From Planctomycetota bacterium (GTDB taxonomy: Bacteria > Planctomycetota > SZUA-567 > H5-PLA8): DNA of 64,000 nucleotides. Of this stretch, positions 33,926 through 44,639 are shown in pieces. The notes beneath the pieces are model-generated. The model was not told where the DNA came from, made no database searches, and saw nothing but the letters and a program-made list of their open reading frames with translations. The first letter of the stretch is position 1. Each line of letters begins with the position of its first letter. The stretch covers positions 14,112-78,111 of the forward strand of contig JBBRQD010000009.1 of NCBI GenBank assembly GCA_038227045.1, given 5' to 3'. The translations under genes were made by a program, and so were the position numbers.

Positions 33926-35452
33926 ATGCAAAACCAAGATGCGACGCCAACCGAACACCCGCTGACCCTCTTGATCGTCGAAGACGATCAGGCCATGCGG
34001 CAGATGTGCATCTCCCTATTTGAGCGCGAAGGCTACGCGGCCGAAGGCGCATCGAGCATGGCAGAGGCGTATGAACGCGTCGTCAATCCGCGCGAAAAGC
34101 CGCCAGTCAGCCTTGTGTTGAGCGACGTAAAACTGGCTCGTGACGGCCTCGAAAGCGGCATCGAATTGCTGCGCAAAATCAAGGCGGTTAAACCCGAGTT
34201 GCCGATGCTGCTGATGACCGGGTATGCCAATGTTCAAGACGCTGTTGAAGCGATGAAACTCGGCGCGGCCGATTACGTCACCAAGCCCTTCGAACGCGCG
34301 GAACTCATCAACAAGGTTCAGGCGCAACTGAAAGTCCGCGCGCTTGAAAGCGAAGTCAAAACGCTGCGCGAAGCGCTCGAAGATAAATTCGGAATCAAGG
34401 GATTTATCGGCGCAAGCGCCGGGATGCGCGCGGTCTGCGAGCGCATAGAGGCCGCGGGCCGCTCGATGGCCACGGTGCTGATCACCGGCGAAAGCGGCAC
34501 CGGAAAAGAGCTCGTCGCGCGGGCGATCCATCACAAAAGCGTTCGCAACGAAAAGCCGTTCGTTCCAGTCAACTGCGCGGCGATGCCGGAAGCCTTGATC
34601 GAATCCGAATTGTTCGGACACGAATCCGGTTCGTTCACCGGCGCGACAAAAGAGGGCATCGGCCTCTTTCGCGCCGCGCACGGCGGCACGATTTTTCTCG
34701 ATGAAGTGGCCGATATGCCGAAAGACGTACAGGCGAAACTGCTGCGCGTATTGCAGGATAAGCGCGTGCGCCCGGTGGGTTCGACGAAGGAAATTCCCGT
34801 CGATGTGCGGGTCATCGCGGCGACCAATCTGAACATCGAGCGTGAGCGCGCCGCGCAGGGCGAAAACACACTGCGCGACGACGTCTATTTTCGGCTCTCC
34901 GTGATCCGCATCGAACTGCCGCCCTTGCGCGAACGGCCCGGCGACATGCCGTTGCTCATCCAGCATTTTCTGGCCAAGCACGCCAAAAGCGCAGGCCGCC
35001 GCATGCGCCGCATCGCCTCGAACGCAATGGACGCGATGCTCAGGTACGAGTGGCCGGGAAACGTGCGCGAACTGGAAAGTGCGATTGAAAGTGCCTACGC
35101 GCTGGGCCGGACCGACGAACTGCTTCCGGAAGATTTGCCGCGCCAGATCACGGCGGCACCGCGCGCGCCCATTTCGCAAGGTTCGCAAGGAGCGCTCTCG
35201 TCCGAAGCGCCGGCAATTTCACCATCTGTTGCGGCACCGGCCGTCCCCGCGCAATTCGCGCCGCCAGCGATCGGCGTGTTGGAGAGTTTCAAACTGGACG
35301 CGCTCGAAAAAGACGCACTGCTCCGCGCGCTGCACGCCGCTCACGGAAACAAGAGCAAGGCCGCGGAACTATTGGGAGTTTCGCGCAAGCGCCTGTACCG
35401 CATGTTGCACGATTACGGTTTCGAAAAAGACACCGGCGAAGACCCAGCGTAA
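33926..35452 (+). CDS. sigma-54-dependent response regulator (NtrC family)
   Basis: It has a REC domain (LLIVEDD...VLSDVKL), an AAA+ domain (GESGTGKE, ESELFGHESGSFTGA) and a C-terminal Fis-type HTH (NKSKAAELLGVSRKRLYRML). Confidence 0.93.
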   Translation: MQNQDATPTEHPLTLLIVEDDQAMRQMCISLFEREGYAAEGASSMAEAYERVVNPREKPPVSLVLSDVKLARDGLESGIELLRKIKAVKPELPMLLMTGYANVQDAVEAMKLGAADYVTKPFERAELINKVQAQLKVRALESEVKTLREALEDKFGIKGFIGASAGMRAVCERIEAAGRSMATVLITGESGTGKELVARAIHHKSVRNEKPFVPVNCAAMPEALIESELFGHESGSFTGATKEGIGLFRAAHGGTIFLDEVADMPKDVQAKLLRVLQDKRVRPVGSTKEIPVDVRVIAATNLNIERERAAQGENTLRDDVYFRLSVIRIELPPLRERPGDMPLLIQHFLAKHAKSAGRRMRRIASNAMDAMLRYEWPGNVRELESAIESAYALGRTDELLPEDLPRQITAAPRAPISQGSQGALSSEAPAISPSVAAPAVPAQFAPPAIGVLESFKLDALEKDALLRALHAAHGNKSKAAELLGVSRKRLYRMLHDYGFEKDTGEDPA

Positions 35453-35489
35453 AAAACTGTATTTATCCCGGAGGGATTAAAGAGATTAG

Positions 35490-35564
35490 CCGGTGGTTGA
35501 GGCCGTACCCGGCCGACACCACCGGAATACGCGAATTGAACGTTTCGCACCCCGGCAGGGGTGC
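35490..35564. terminator. GC-rich hairpins between convergent ntrC-like and FHA genes
   Basis: ccggtggt..ggccg-tacc-cggcc..accaccgg lies at 35490..35525 and gcacccc-ggca-ggggtgc at 35547..35564. No clear U-tracts are present. Confidence 0.3.
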
Positions 35565-35588
35565 CAGCAATTGCGCGATGAACCGTAG

Positions 35589-36257
35589 TTAAAAATTCAG
35601 AACCTTCAAATAAATCGCCAGTCCGAATGCAAGCGACGCGGCGGCGAAGAATCCCAATATAAAAAAGAGCCAGCGCACAAGTGGTTCGTAACTCGACGAA
35701 GACGCGTCGGACTTTGCGGCCTTGTTGACGGCGTCGGCATAATCCCGCGCTTTGGCTCCGGTCGGCGGTTTGCGCTCCGTCACCTTCGAGGGTTCGCCTT
35801 CGTCGTCAACGGCTTCGAGTTTCCCCGAGCGAAGCTGCTGCATTTTTTTCTGGAGCTTCTGGCCATCCATGATGAACGTCGGTTCCGAAAACGCCTCGCT
35901 TTCAGCCGCCGGTGCGGGTTCCGCCGCCGGCGTCACTTTGGATTGTGCTTTCGCGGGTTGCTTCTGGGTCTCGTTGTTGAAGATCAAAATGATCACGCCG
36001 AGAGCAATGCGGTCGCCCTGATTCAGATAATGTTCGGCGATCATTCGCCCGTTAACGAAGGTGTGGTTCGCCGAGTCCAAATCGATTATCTTGAATGTTG
36101 CGCCGGATTCGACGATTTCACAGTGCGTGCCGGAGATGCCGAGAAAATCGAATGCCAGTTTGCATTTGCTGTGGCTGCGTCCAATGACCATGGGGCCGTC
36201 GCCAAGCGGGAGCGTGCGGGGTTCCTTGTTGGGTTCCATGACGGTAATTGAAGCCAT
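35589..36257 (-). CDS. FHA-domain protein with C-terminal TM anchor
   Basis: MVIGRSHSKCKLAFDFLGISGTHCEIV...HTFVNGRMI...GDRIALG is followed by a C-terminal WLFFILGFFAAASLAFGLAIYL. Confidence 0.85.
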   Translation of the reverse strand: MASITVMEPNKEPRTLPLGDGPMVIGRSHSKCKLAFDFLGISGTHCEIVESGATFKIIDLDSANHTFVNGRMIAEHYLNQGDRIALGVIILIFNNETQKQPAKAQSKVTPAAEPAPAAESEAFSEPTFIMDGQKLQKKMQQLRSGKLEAVDDEGEPSKVTERKPPTGAKARDYADAVNKAAKSDASSSSYEPLVRWLFFILGFFAAASLAFGLAIYLKVLNF

Positions 36258-36471
36258 GTGAAAAGAAATCCTTGTGACGCATCAAAAATGCCGCAGCTCG
36301 AAATTGCCGCGCAACCGGTATACGAAAAAGTGGGTTCGTTTTCTATCGCGTTTTTACATGGCGCGTTGACAAGATTTTAAGGCCTCCCTCATCCGATGAG
36401 ATGCTCCGTGCGCTGGACATTGATCGCTTGACGCTATATAAGTTTGCTTCCAAATTACGGAGAAATCCACT

Positions 36472-36792
36472 GTGGCGTCAGAAGAATCCATTGGTTACGT
36501 ATTGACCGTCTATACCGGCATCGGCCTGCCTCCCGACCGGAGCGATTTCGAAGACAAGATAAAGGCCGAGAAAGCATTCACGGACGCGAAAGCGTACTCG
36601 ATTCTCTGGCAGTCGCGCACGATCACGCAGGGCGTGGGATGGATCAAGCTCAAGGAAAAGGAAGCGCCGCCGACCGCGCCGCCAGCTCCCCCTGCCGCGC
36701 CTCCCGCTCCGGCCGCGCCGGCCGCCGCAAAACCACCGGTGCCCGCAATGGTCAAGGCTGTCGCGCCAGCGGTACCCGCGCCCAAACCCTAA
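36472..36792 (+). CDS. hypothetical small protein with Pro/Ala-rich tail
   Basis: It has a GTG start 10 nt after GGAG and a balanced N-terminal 65 aa. The tail reads APPTAPPAPPAAPPAPAAPAAAKPPVPA. Confidence 0.5.
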   Translation: MASEESIGYVLTVYTGIGLPPDRSDFEDKIKAEKAFTDAKAYSILWQSRTITQGVGWIKLKEKEAPPTAPPAPPAAPPAPAAPAAAKPPVPAMVKAVAPAVPAPKP

Positions 36793-36813
36793 CCCCTAAA
36801 CCAGGAATCTATC

Positions 36814-37875
36814 ATGTCCGTTGCGTTTCAACCTTATGGAGTCTGGACGGCGCTGGCCACCCCATTTCTGGAAGACGGCAATCTGAATCTTGATGCGTTC
36901 AAGCGGACTGTCGCATTCCAGATCGCCGAAGGCATCACCGGCATTGTTCCGGCTGGCACCACCGGCGAATCGCCCACGTTGCGCTGGTCCGAGCACAATC
37001 TGGTCATTGAAGAAGCCATCGCCTGCGCCAACGGCCGCGTGGGCGTGCTCGCGGGAACCGGCTCAAACAGCACCGAGGAAGCCATCGAAGCCACCCGCCA
37101 CGCGCAGCAAGCCGGTGTGAGCGCGGCGCTGGTCGTCGATTGCTATTACAACGGGCCGTCAAGTCTCGAACTGCGCACCGAATATTACGAAGCGATCGCC
37201 AGCAGCGTGCCCGGAATTCCGCTGGTCCCGTACATCATTCCAGGACGCTGCGGCACCGAAATGAACGCCGCAGACCTGGCGATCCTGCACAACGATCCCG
37301 TCACGTTTCCAGCGGTAAAACAAGCCACCGGCAACCTCGAGCGCATGCGCCTGGACCGCGAACTCTGCGGCCCGGAACTGGCGATCATGTCCGGCGACGA
37401 CGATATGACGCTGGCGATGATGAAAGACGGCGCGATTCGCGCGTCGGGCGTCATCTCCGTCATGAGCAACATCGTGCCGGGAGCCCTTTCGCGGATGGTC
37501 AAGGCCATGAGCAAAGGCGACGGAAAGACCGCGGATCAGATCGCCGCGCAATTGGCGCCGCTGTTCAAAATGGTCGGCTGCAAAATCGCCGCAACGCGCC
37601 GCCTCAAAGACGGTCGTTCAATCGAGGTCGAAGACAAATTCCGCAATCCCGTTCCCGTCAAAACGATGATGGCCGGTCTGGGAATGGGCGTCGGCCCGTG
37701 CCGCCGGCCTCTGGGAATGATGACGCCCGGCGGCGTCCAAGCCTGCCGCGACGCGCTAAGGGCAGTCTTCGAAACCGCGCCAGAAGTGCTGACGCCGATC
37801 GAAGCCGCCTTCGGCGTGAAGATCGGCGATCGCCTGAAGAACGACGAAATCTGGTCGCGCCTGGCACGAAAGTAG
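36814..37875 (+). CDS. dihydrodipicolinate synthase (DapA/NAL) family lyase
   Basis: GIVPAGTTGESPTL is present. At 353 aa it is longer than canonical DapA. AGGA lies upstream. Confidence 0.88.
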   Translation: MSVAFQPYGVWTALATPFLEDGNLNLDAFKRTVAFQIAEGITGIVPAGTTGESPTLRWSEHNLVIEEAIACANGRVGVLAGTGSNSTEEAIEATRHAQQAGVSAALVVDCYYNGPSSLELRTEYYEAIASSVPGIPLVPYIIPGRCGTEMNAADLAILHNDPVTFPAVKQATGNLERMRLDRELCGPELAIMSGDDDMTLAMMKDGAIRASGVISVMSNIVPGALSRMVKAMSKGDGKTADQIAAQLAPLFKMVGCKIAATRRLKDGRSIEVEDKFRNPVPVKTMMAGLGMGVGPCRRPLGMMTPGGVQACRDALRAVFETAPEVLTPIEAAFGVKIGDRLKNDEIWSRLARK

Positions 37876-37885
37876 TCCCGTACCG

Positions 37886-38659
37886 CTACCGCGCCGTCCA
37901 CCCGCCATCAATGACAATCGTCTGCCCGGTGATATTCCGCGCGTCACGGCTCATCAGGAATTCGGTCGTCGCCGCGATTTCGTCGATGGTGATGAAGGCC
38001 TTTTTGGGCATCGGTTCGAGCATGATTTTCTCGATCACATCCTGTTCGGAAAGTCCGTGCGACTTGGCTTGCGCCGTGATTTGAGCGTCGACGAGCGGTG
38101 TGCGGACATACGCCGGACAAATCGTATTGATGGTGATGTCTGTGTCGCCCGTCTCCAGCGCAACGACCTTGGAAAACCCCAGCAAACCGTGCTTCGCCGC
38201 GACGTACGCCGATTTGAATGGCGACGCGATCAGCGCATGAATCGATCCGATATTGACGATGCGCCCAAACCCATTTTTTCGCATGACAGGCAACGCGGAC
38301 TGCGTCATCAAAAAAGCGCCCTTCAGCATCACATCGAAAAGCAGATCCCAGCGCTCTTCCGGAAATTCCGGCACCGGCGCGACAAACTGAAGGCCGGCAT
38401 TATTGATAAGCACATCGACGCGCTCCGCCCCGAGCGTTGCATAGAGAGCGCGAATTTGCGGCGCGGAGGCGATGTCCACGGTATGCGTCGTCGCGCGAAC
38501 CGCATCGCCCCCCAACGCATCGACCGTTTCGCGCAATCCTTGAGGATTCAAATCCACGAGAAAAAGACGGTGCCCTTTTGCGCCCAAACAGCAAGCCAGG
38601 CCGCGGCCGAGTCCACTGCCGGCGCCAGTGATTAAAATGTTAAGCGAAGTTGGGTTCAT
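37886..38659 (-). CDS. SDR-family oxidoreductase, 3-hydroxybutyrate dehydrogenase-like
   Basis: ILITGAGSGLGRG, NAG and YVAAKHG are present, with a C-terminal DGGWTAR. Confidence 0.88.
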   Translation of the reverse strand: MNPTSLNILITGAGSGLGRGLACCLGAKGHRLFLVDLNPQGLRETVDALGGDAVRATTHTVDIASAPQIRALYATLGAERVDVLINNAGLQFVAPVPEFPEERWDLLFDVMLKGAFLMTQSALPVMRKNGFGRIVNIGSIHALIASPFKSAYVAAKHGLLGFSKVVALETGDTDITINTICPAYVRTPLVDAQITAQAKSHGLSEQDVIEKIMLEPMPKKAFITIDEIAATTEFLMSRDARNITGQTIVIDGGWTAR

Positions 38660-38717
38660 GCTGATAACTACACCACGCGAGCGCAGTGATTCGCGTCTCC
38701 GCCGAGGGATTAATCCA

Positions 38718-38745
38718 TTGACGCTTCAACAACCCCGGCTATGAC
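38718..38745 (+). promoter_or_regulatory. sigma70-like promoter (TTGACG-16-TATGAC)
   Basis: The -10 element overlaps the track ORF start at 38741. This supports the downstream start at 38801. Confidence 0.4.
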
Positions 38746-38800
38746 TTTGGCAGCGAAAACGACATTCGCGCTTCATACACAACATCTGGATTCGCCAGGC

Positions 38801-39451
38801 ATGAAATACAATTATCTGATCATCGGTTTAGCGCTGCAAGTCGGAGCCATCGCGATGGCCTATGTAAGTAATCGCATATTATACGCCATTGCTTGGCTAT
38901 TTATCCTGGTTGTCTGCTTTCCGGTGTTTTTTGTAAGTCCGTTTTATCTGATGAGAACGGGCCTTCCGCTGGTGATTCGCCTGATCCTCAGTTTTTGGAT
39001 TCTTGCTTTTCCAATTTATTGGTCAGCGTTGTTGATCTACGATTGGAATCGCGTACCCACGGAAGTGTTTCTGATTCCAGATGGATACCGCGGACTTGTG
39101 ACAGTCATTCTGGATCAACCCGACGGCGTTCCCGTGGAGCACGAGGGGAAAAAATTCATCTTCAGGGTTGGCGCCGATGGAAAATTGAAAACTCAAATGC
39201 GTCAGCCCACGTTCTCCAACACGGAATGTGTCGATGCCTTGTTCAATCAAAGGGAGTATTATTGGATAAACGCTTCGGGTGCCAAAGTGAAACTGAATTA
39301 TCCGACGCCGTTGGACGGCGATGCCCTTGCGCCGGATCAAGTCATCATCACCCAAGTCCCTGGTCCAGCGGAAACGCAGAATCTGAACGCCATTCATCTT
39401 TTGATTGGCACCATATCCGATTTTAGAAAATATTTGGACGGCTTGAAATAG
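38801..39451 (+). CDS. hypothetical membrane protein (4 TM plus soluble C-terminal domain), AT-rich gene
   Basis: MKYNYLIIGLALQVGAIAMAY... is followed by further TM segments. The gene is visibly more AT-rich than its neighbours; this was judged by eye, not computed. Confidence 0.6.
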   Translation: MKYNYLIIGLALQVGAIAMAYVSNRILYAIAWLFILVVCFPVFFVSPFYLMRTGLPLVIRLILSFWILAFPIYWSALLIYDWNRVPTEVFLIPDGYRGLVTVILDQPDGVPVEHEGKKFIFRVGADGKLKTQMRQPTFSNTECVDALFNQREYYWINASGAKVKLNYPTPLDGDALAPDQVIITQVPGPAETQNLNAIHLLIGTISDFRKYLDGLK

Positions 39452-39533
39452 AATTCCGCGCGGAATTCGTGTAACCAATCTTCCGGTTCGCACATACTTT
39501 ATCGAGACGATTCAAACTATTTCGGAGACCGCA

Positions 39534-40463
39534 ATGTTGAAACGCCTGTCGATATGCTGCCTGGTCACGGCCGCATGTATTGCCGCCGATCAAGCGCTTG
39601 TAGCGGAGAAGGCCGCAGCGTTTCCTGCCCGTGTCACGATTGAAGTGCGCGGCGACTATCGGTATATCGTATCGAACGGCATTCCCGATCACGAACCAGG
39701 TAGGTTTCCAAATCCCGGAAACCCCAACACAATAGCTGAACAAAAATACGAATTTCGCGTTCCATTGCACCCCAAAGAATCCGAAACGTCACGCCGGGCC
39801 GGGCCGATTTTGTTCGGCGTGGCACTCAACGGCGTGCCTTTCGATCCCGGCACCGCCGAACTCTGGAACGGTAATTTCGCCTGGCGTTACGAAGCGATCA
39901 ACGGAGGAATCAACCTGGGTTTGGATCGGCACAACGCCCACGTCCAACCCGGCGGCAAGTACCATTACCATTCGCTGCCCACGGAGTTGATCGACAAAAT
40001 TTCCGTCGACAAACAGAAAACAGTGCTGGTCGGTTACGCCGCCGATGGCTTCCCGATTTATTCGCAGTACGGATACAACGATCTAAAGGATGTAAAAAGC
40101 GGAGTACGCAAGATGCAATCGGGCTACAAATTGAAACAGGGTGATCGGCCCGCCAGCGGCCCACCCGGAAAATACGACGGCCGATTTGGAGCGGACTGGG
40201 AATATGTAAAAGGTGCGGGCGATCTGGACGCGTGCAATGGCAGAATCGGCGCGACCCCCGAATATCCCGAAGGCATTTACCATTACTACATCACCGAAGA
40301 ATTTCCGTTCATCGCGCGCCAGTTCAAGGGCGAACCCGATCCAAGCTTTCAGAAAAAAGACGGCCCACCGCGTGGGCCGCGTCCCGGCCCTCCAGGCGGT
40401 CCACCCGGCGGATTTGGTTTCTTTCCTCCTCCACCTCCAGGCGGTCCGACTCCGGATCGGTAA
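39534..40463 (+). CDS. YHYH-domain secreted protein with Gly/Pro-rich tail
   Basis: It has a signal peptide, GGKYHYHSLP, GIYHYYITEEFPF and the tail GPPRGPRPGPPGGPPGGFGFFPPPPPGGP. Confidence 0.8.
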   Translation: MLKRLSICCLVTAACIAADQALVAEKAAAFPARVTIEVRGDYRYIVSNGIPDHEPGRFPNPGNPNTIAEQKYEFRVPLHPKESETSRRAGPILFGVALNGVPFDPGTAELWNGNFAWRYEAINGGINLGLDRHNAHVQPGGKYHYHSLPTELIDKISVDKQKTVLVGYAADGFPIYSQYGYNDLKDVKSGVRKMQSGYKLKQGDRPASGPPGKYDGRFGADWEYVKGAGDLDACNGRIGATPEYPEGIYHYYITEEFPFIARQFKGEPDPSFQKKDGPPRGPRPGPPGGPPGGFGFFPPPPPGGPTPDR

Positions 40464-41255
40464 ATGAAAAATGGTAAATGGAAAATGTTTGTAAATCGTC
40501 GCTCCAGTCAAACACACTGTAATAGAGTGGCTCCTGCCTTCGCGGCCTTGATCCTGTCCATCTGCGTGACCGGCATTCCCGCCCAGGCACATCCGCTGTC
40601 GCAGGGCCGCGTGGAAATGCTGATTGATGCGCACAAAATTACGCTCAAATTGGTTGTAACCGTCGAAGAAATCATCGTCCAGCAATCGCTCTCCTCGGGC
40701 AACGACGACAAGTTTCCAATCTCGTCGGAGAATTATCAAAAGCACGGTACATATCTCCTGCGGCACTTCTATCTGAACGCCGACGGCAAACGCCTTGACG
40801 GCAGGATCGTCAAAATCGAAGAACCCAGCGAACGATCCTTCCATCCGCTCGATATGGGCCGTGCCTGGGCCACGTATGAAATCGAGTATGCCGTCGGCGC
40901 GCTGCCCGACGCGCTCGTATTATCGCAAAACGTTCTCAACGAAATTGACTTCGAGCCGGGAAATCGCTGGGAAGTTTCATACATATCGAGCGTTCATCAG
41001 GCCGGACAGAGCAAGCAAGAGAACCTGTACTTGAGCAGTTCGACGCCGCTGAATTTCCCATGCGCCCGAAACACGCCATCCATGACACCAGCGCCGGAGA
41101 ATACGCAATCGCCTCCCGCATCCGCCAATTTGCTGTCCAACGCAACAAAGCCCACCGTCGATGCCTCGTCCAAGACACATCTCGTCGCATTTATTGCGCT
41201 CTGTTTAAGCGCCCTCTACCTGCTCGCAACGCTTCGCAAGAGACGTGCGAATTAA
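40464..41255 (+). CDS. hypothetical secreted/anchored protein; predicted mature N-terminus begins with His
   Basis: The ATG directly abuts the YHYH stop (TAAATG). The signal ...VTGIPAQA is followed by HPLSQGRVEML. A C-terminal TM, HLVAFIALCLSALYLLATL, is followed by RKRRAN. Confidence 0.65.
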   Translation: MKNGKWKMFVNRRSSQTHCNRVAPAFAALILSICVTGIPAQAHPLSQGRVEMLIDAHKITLKLVVTVEEIIVQQSLSSGNDDKFPISSENYQKHGTYLLRHFYLNADGKRLDGRIVKIEEPSERSFHPLDMGRAWATYEIEYAVGALPDALVLSQNVLNEIDFEPGNRWEVSYISSVHQAGQSKQENLYLSSSTPLNFPCARNTPSMTPAPENTQSPPASANLLSNATKPTVDASSKTHLVAFIALCLSALYLLATLRKRRAN

Positions 41256-41387
41256 TCGAACGATCACAGTCTTTTATCTATTTTAATATTTTTCAGTAGC
41301 GACGCATTTTGTGTTTTTCATCCGAATCTCCCGGTGTATTTCAAGTTTGGAGATCGACGGCGAAATAACGCGGAAGCGATTCAACCC

Positions 41388-44300
41388 ATGCCCGAGTTGC
41401 GCTCCATGGCCGATCACGTGCGACGACGCAAATCTTTGCTTTTACACGCCACGATTGCGTTCGCCCTGTTGCTGCCGGGAATGGCCCGGTGTGGCGACGT
41501 CGATTACCTCAAAGACATCAAGCCTATTCTAAAAAATCGCTGTTTTGCCTGCCATGGCGCGCTCAAGCAAAAATCGGGTCTGCGTCTCGACACCATCGCG
41601 GCGATGCGCAAGGGCGGGGAAGAGGGCAACATTCTCGCTCCGGATACGCTCTCGCTCGTGAAGCGGGTAGCAAATCCGGACGAGCACGAACGCATGCCGC
41701 CCGAAGGCGCTCCGTTGTCAGCCGAACAAATTGCCAAGCTGAAAGAGTGGATTTCGGGCGGGTGCAAAGGGCCGGCCGATGAACAGCCCGAACCCGATCC
41801 GCGGCTGCATTGGGCCTACCAATCGCCCAAGCGCGCCAACGGGGACGTCGACTCGCTAATGGCCGCGCGTCTCAGCGCAAAAAAATTGAAGCCTCAAGCC
41901 GAAGCAGCGCCAGAATTGTGGCTGCGCCGCGCGTATCTAGATTTGATCGGCATTCCGCCCACCCCGGAACAAATTCGTGCGTTTCAAAAAGCCTCTTCCA
42001 TCAATGCGGACACAGCGAGAAATCAAACGGTCGACACGCTGCTGAGTTCTCCGCAGTACGGCGAGCGTTGGGCGCGACATTTTATGGATATCTGGCGCTA
42101 TTGCGACTGGTATGGTCTGGACGCGGAGCTTCGTCAAAGCCAAAAACACATCTGGCACTGGCGCGACTGGATCGTCGAATCGGTCAATGCAGACAAGGGC
42201 TACGATCGCATGATCGTCGAGATGCTCGCCGCCGACGAAGAAACGCCCGAGAACCGCGACGCGTTGCGCGCGACGGGTTTTCTCGCGCGCAACTATTACC
42301 TCTTCAATCGCACCACGTGGCTCGACGATGTCATCGAACACACCAACCGCGCGTTCCTCGGCGTGACGATGCAATGCTGCAAGTGCCACGATCACAAGTA
42401 CGATCCGATCGAGCAAGCCGACTACTACCGCATGAGGGCGATCTTTGAGCCGTATCATGTGCGGCTCGACGCCTGGCCCGGCGAAACCGATTTCGAAAAG
42501 AACGGCTTGCCGCGCGCATTCGACCTGCATCTCGACCGCGCCACGTACCGGCACATCCGCGGCGACGACAAAATCGAAGACAAAGCGCATCCATTGGCGC
42601 CCGGAATTCCGACGGTGCTCTCGTTCGCCGAATTCAAAGTCGCTCCCATCGCATTGCCCGCCGCCGCGTTCGCTCCGGGACTACAGCAGTTCGTTATCGA
42701 CGACCAACTCGCCGCGGCCGAACGCGAGATTTCCACCGCGCGTGAGGCTCTCGATAAAGCGCGCAAGACTCTCGCTGAATTTCAGCACAAACAGCCCGGC
42801 GCAAAATCGCCCGCCGCGACAACTCCAAAGACCCTTGCTCAGGACGACTTCAATGTCGCCAAGCCCGACCTGTGGCAGACCATTAAAGGAGACTGGCGCT
42901 ACGCGGACGGAGTCCTGCGGCAACACGAAGTTGGCTTGGAATCGCGCCGCATTCAACTGCGCGCAAACCCGCCCGTGGATTTTGCCGCGAGTCTCACGTT
43001 TACGATTCGCGGCGGCGAAGTATACAAATCCGTCGGTCTCGCGTTCGATGTCGACTTGGACGACGACGTGAATGTGTACATGAGCGCCTTCAAAGGCGGT
43101 TCGAAGGTTCAGGTTGCCATGGCGAAGCAGGGTAAGAGCACGTATCCTTCGGACGGAATGCAGGCGCGCGCCGTGCTGCCGAACACGAAATATCAAATGG
43201 AAGTGCAAGTGCGCGGCCAGCTCGTCAACGTCAGCATCGATGGCAAACCCGCGCTCGCGTACAACCTGCCGCAAGCCCGCCGCCCAGGATCCATGCAAAT
43301 CATCGCGTTCGACGCCGACGTGGAATTCTGCGGCTTCACGCTGATTGAATTGCCCACGGATGCGGCGCTGCGAAATCCGAACGAAAAAGCCGCCGCAACC
43401 TTGACGCTCGCCGACGCCGAGGCTGGCGCGTCCATCGCCGAAAAAGCGCTGGCGATGGCACAGACCAAGCCGGCGCTGTTCCGAGCCGTTTTCGCCGCGG
43501 ATCAAGCCCGCGCGCAAAAGCCCGCGCCGGCAAACCTTTCAGAGCTGCTCACCGTAGCCGCGAAAGCGGAAGCGGGCATAAAACTCATTGAAGCCGAAAT
43601 TGAATTCGCCAATGCTCAACAACAGATGCTGGTCGCAAAGAAAAAGGAAGAAGCTGAAAAGAAGCTGAAAGCCGCCGAACAAACGCTCGCGGCCGCCCGG
43701 AAAAAAGCGGAAGCGCCAGGCGATATATACACATCATTCCACGCGTCGTTGAAAGCTAAAGACGGGCCGGAAGAAAAGACCAACGCCGATGTTCAGCGCT
43801 ACCCCGAAACAAGCACGGGACGCCGCCTCGCGTTCGCGCGCTGGGTCGCCGACGCGCGCAATCCGCTCACCGCCCGCGTCCTGGTGAATCACCTGTGGAC
43901 GCGGCACTTCGGCGCGTCGCTGGTGCCCGACGTCAGCGACTTCGGGCGGCGCTGCCCACCGCCCGCGTACCAGGACGTGCTCGACACGCTGGCCGTCGAT
44001 TTCATGGAACACGGCTGGAGCCTCAAGCGGCTTCATAAGCAGATGCTGCTCAGCCGCCTCTATCGCACAAGTTCGTCCGTCGCCGGAGCCGATGCCGCCA
44101 CGCTCGCCGCCGATCCCGACAACACCTTCTTATGGCGCATGAATCCGCGCCGTCTCGAATCGCAGGCGATCCGCGATTCATTGTTGTTTGTCGTGGGCAA
44201 ACTCGACCTGCATATTGGTGGCCCCAGCATTGAAGTTGCCAGCGAATCCAGCAATCGCCGCTCGCTCTATTACGTGCAAAGCGCCAACGACGAGCACCGC

Positions 44301-44639
44301 TTCCTGGGCGCATTTGACAACGCAAGCGTGCTTGAATGCTACCGCCGCCAAGAAAGCATTGTTCCGCAGCAGGCCCTTGCGCTCGCAAACAGCAAACTGT
44401 CACGCGAATGCGCCGACGCTCTGGCCGCGCGGACAGCGAAGCTCGACGAAAACGCATTCGTGGACGAGGCATTCTTAAGTCTGCTCGGCAGGCCGCCCAC
44501 AAAAGAAGAATCGAAAGTCTGCTCGGAGAGCCTGGCAACGTTGTCTGGCCTGACGCCATCAAAACCCGACGCTCAACGCACGCGCGCACTGTTTCTGCAA
44601 GCGTTGATGAGTCACAACGATTTCATTACACTCCGATGA
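41388..44639 (+). CDS. PSCyt/DUF1549/DUF1553 (PSD1) family protein with inserted LamG/DUF1080-like domain
   Basis: [18 protein letters not shown] is the planctomycete cytochrome-c motif. DUF1549-like [15 protein letters not shown] and a central [17 protein letters not shown] beta-sandwich are present. C-terminal DUF1553-like sequence follows. The start could be 41388 or 41406. Confidence 0.85.
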   Translation: MPELRSMADHVRRRKSLLLHATIAFALLLPGMARCGDVDYLKDIKPILKNRCFACHGALKQKSGLRLDTIAAMRKGGEEGNILAPDTLSLVKRVANPDEHERMPPEGAPLSAEQIAKLKEWISGGCKGPADEQPEPDPRLHWAYQSPKRANGDVDSLMAARLSAKKLKPQAEAAPELWLRRAYLDLIGIPPTPEQIRAFQKASSINADTARNQTVDTLLSSPQYGERWARHFMDIWRYCDWYGLDAELRQSQKHIWHWRDWIVESVNADKGYDRMIVEMLAADEETPENRDALRATGFLARNYYLFNRTTWLDDVIEHTNRAFLGVTMQCCKCHDHKYDPIEQADYYRMRAIFEPYHVRLDAWPGETDFEKNGLPRAFDLHLDRATYRHIRGDDKIEDKAHPLAPGIPTVLSFAEFKVAPIALPAAAFAPGLQQFVIDDQLAAAEREISTAREALDKARKTLAEFQHKQPGAKSPAATTPKTLAQDDFNVAKPDLWQTIKGDWRYADGVLRQHEVGLESRRIQLRANPPVDFAASLTFTIRGGEVYKSVGLAFDVDLDDDVNVYMSAFKGGSKVQVAMAKQGKSTYPSDGMQARAVLPNTKYQMEVQVRGQLVNVSIDGKPALAYNLPQARRPGSMQIIAFDADVEFCGFTLIELPTDAALRNPNEKAAATLTLADAEAGASIAEKALAMAQTKPALFRAVFAADQARAQKPAPANLSELLTVAAKAEAGIKLIEAEIEFANAQQQMLVAKKKEEAEKKLKAAEQTLAAARKKAEAPGDIYTSFHASLKAKDGPEEKTNADVQRYPETSTGRRLAFARWVADARNPLTARVLVNHLWTRHFGASLVPDVSDFGRRCPPPAYQDVLDTLAVDFMEHGWSLKRLHKQMLLSRLYRTSSSVAGADAATLAADPDNTFLWRMNPRRLESQAIRDSLLFVVGKLDLHIGGPSIEVASESSNRRSLYYVQSANDEHRFLGAFDNASVLECYRRQESIVPQQALALANSKLSRECADALAARTAKLDENAFVDEAFLSLLGRPPTKEESKVCSESLATLSGLTPSKPDAQRTRALFLQALMSHNDFITLR

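Noticed and set aside
44336-44635. First 100 aa of the track ORF for the DUF1501 gene
   Set aside because: It lies out of frame inside the 3' end of the PSD1 gene. The Tat-signal start at ATG 44636 (ATGA overlap) is the standard N-terminus of this family.
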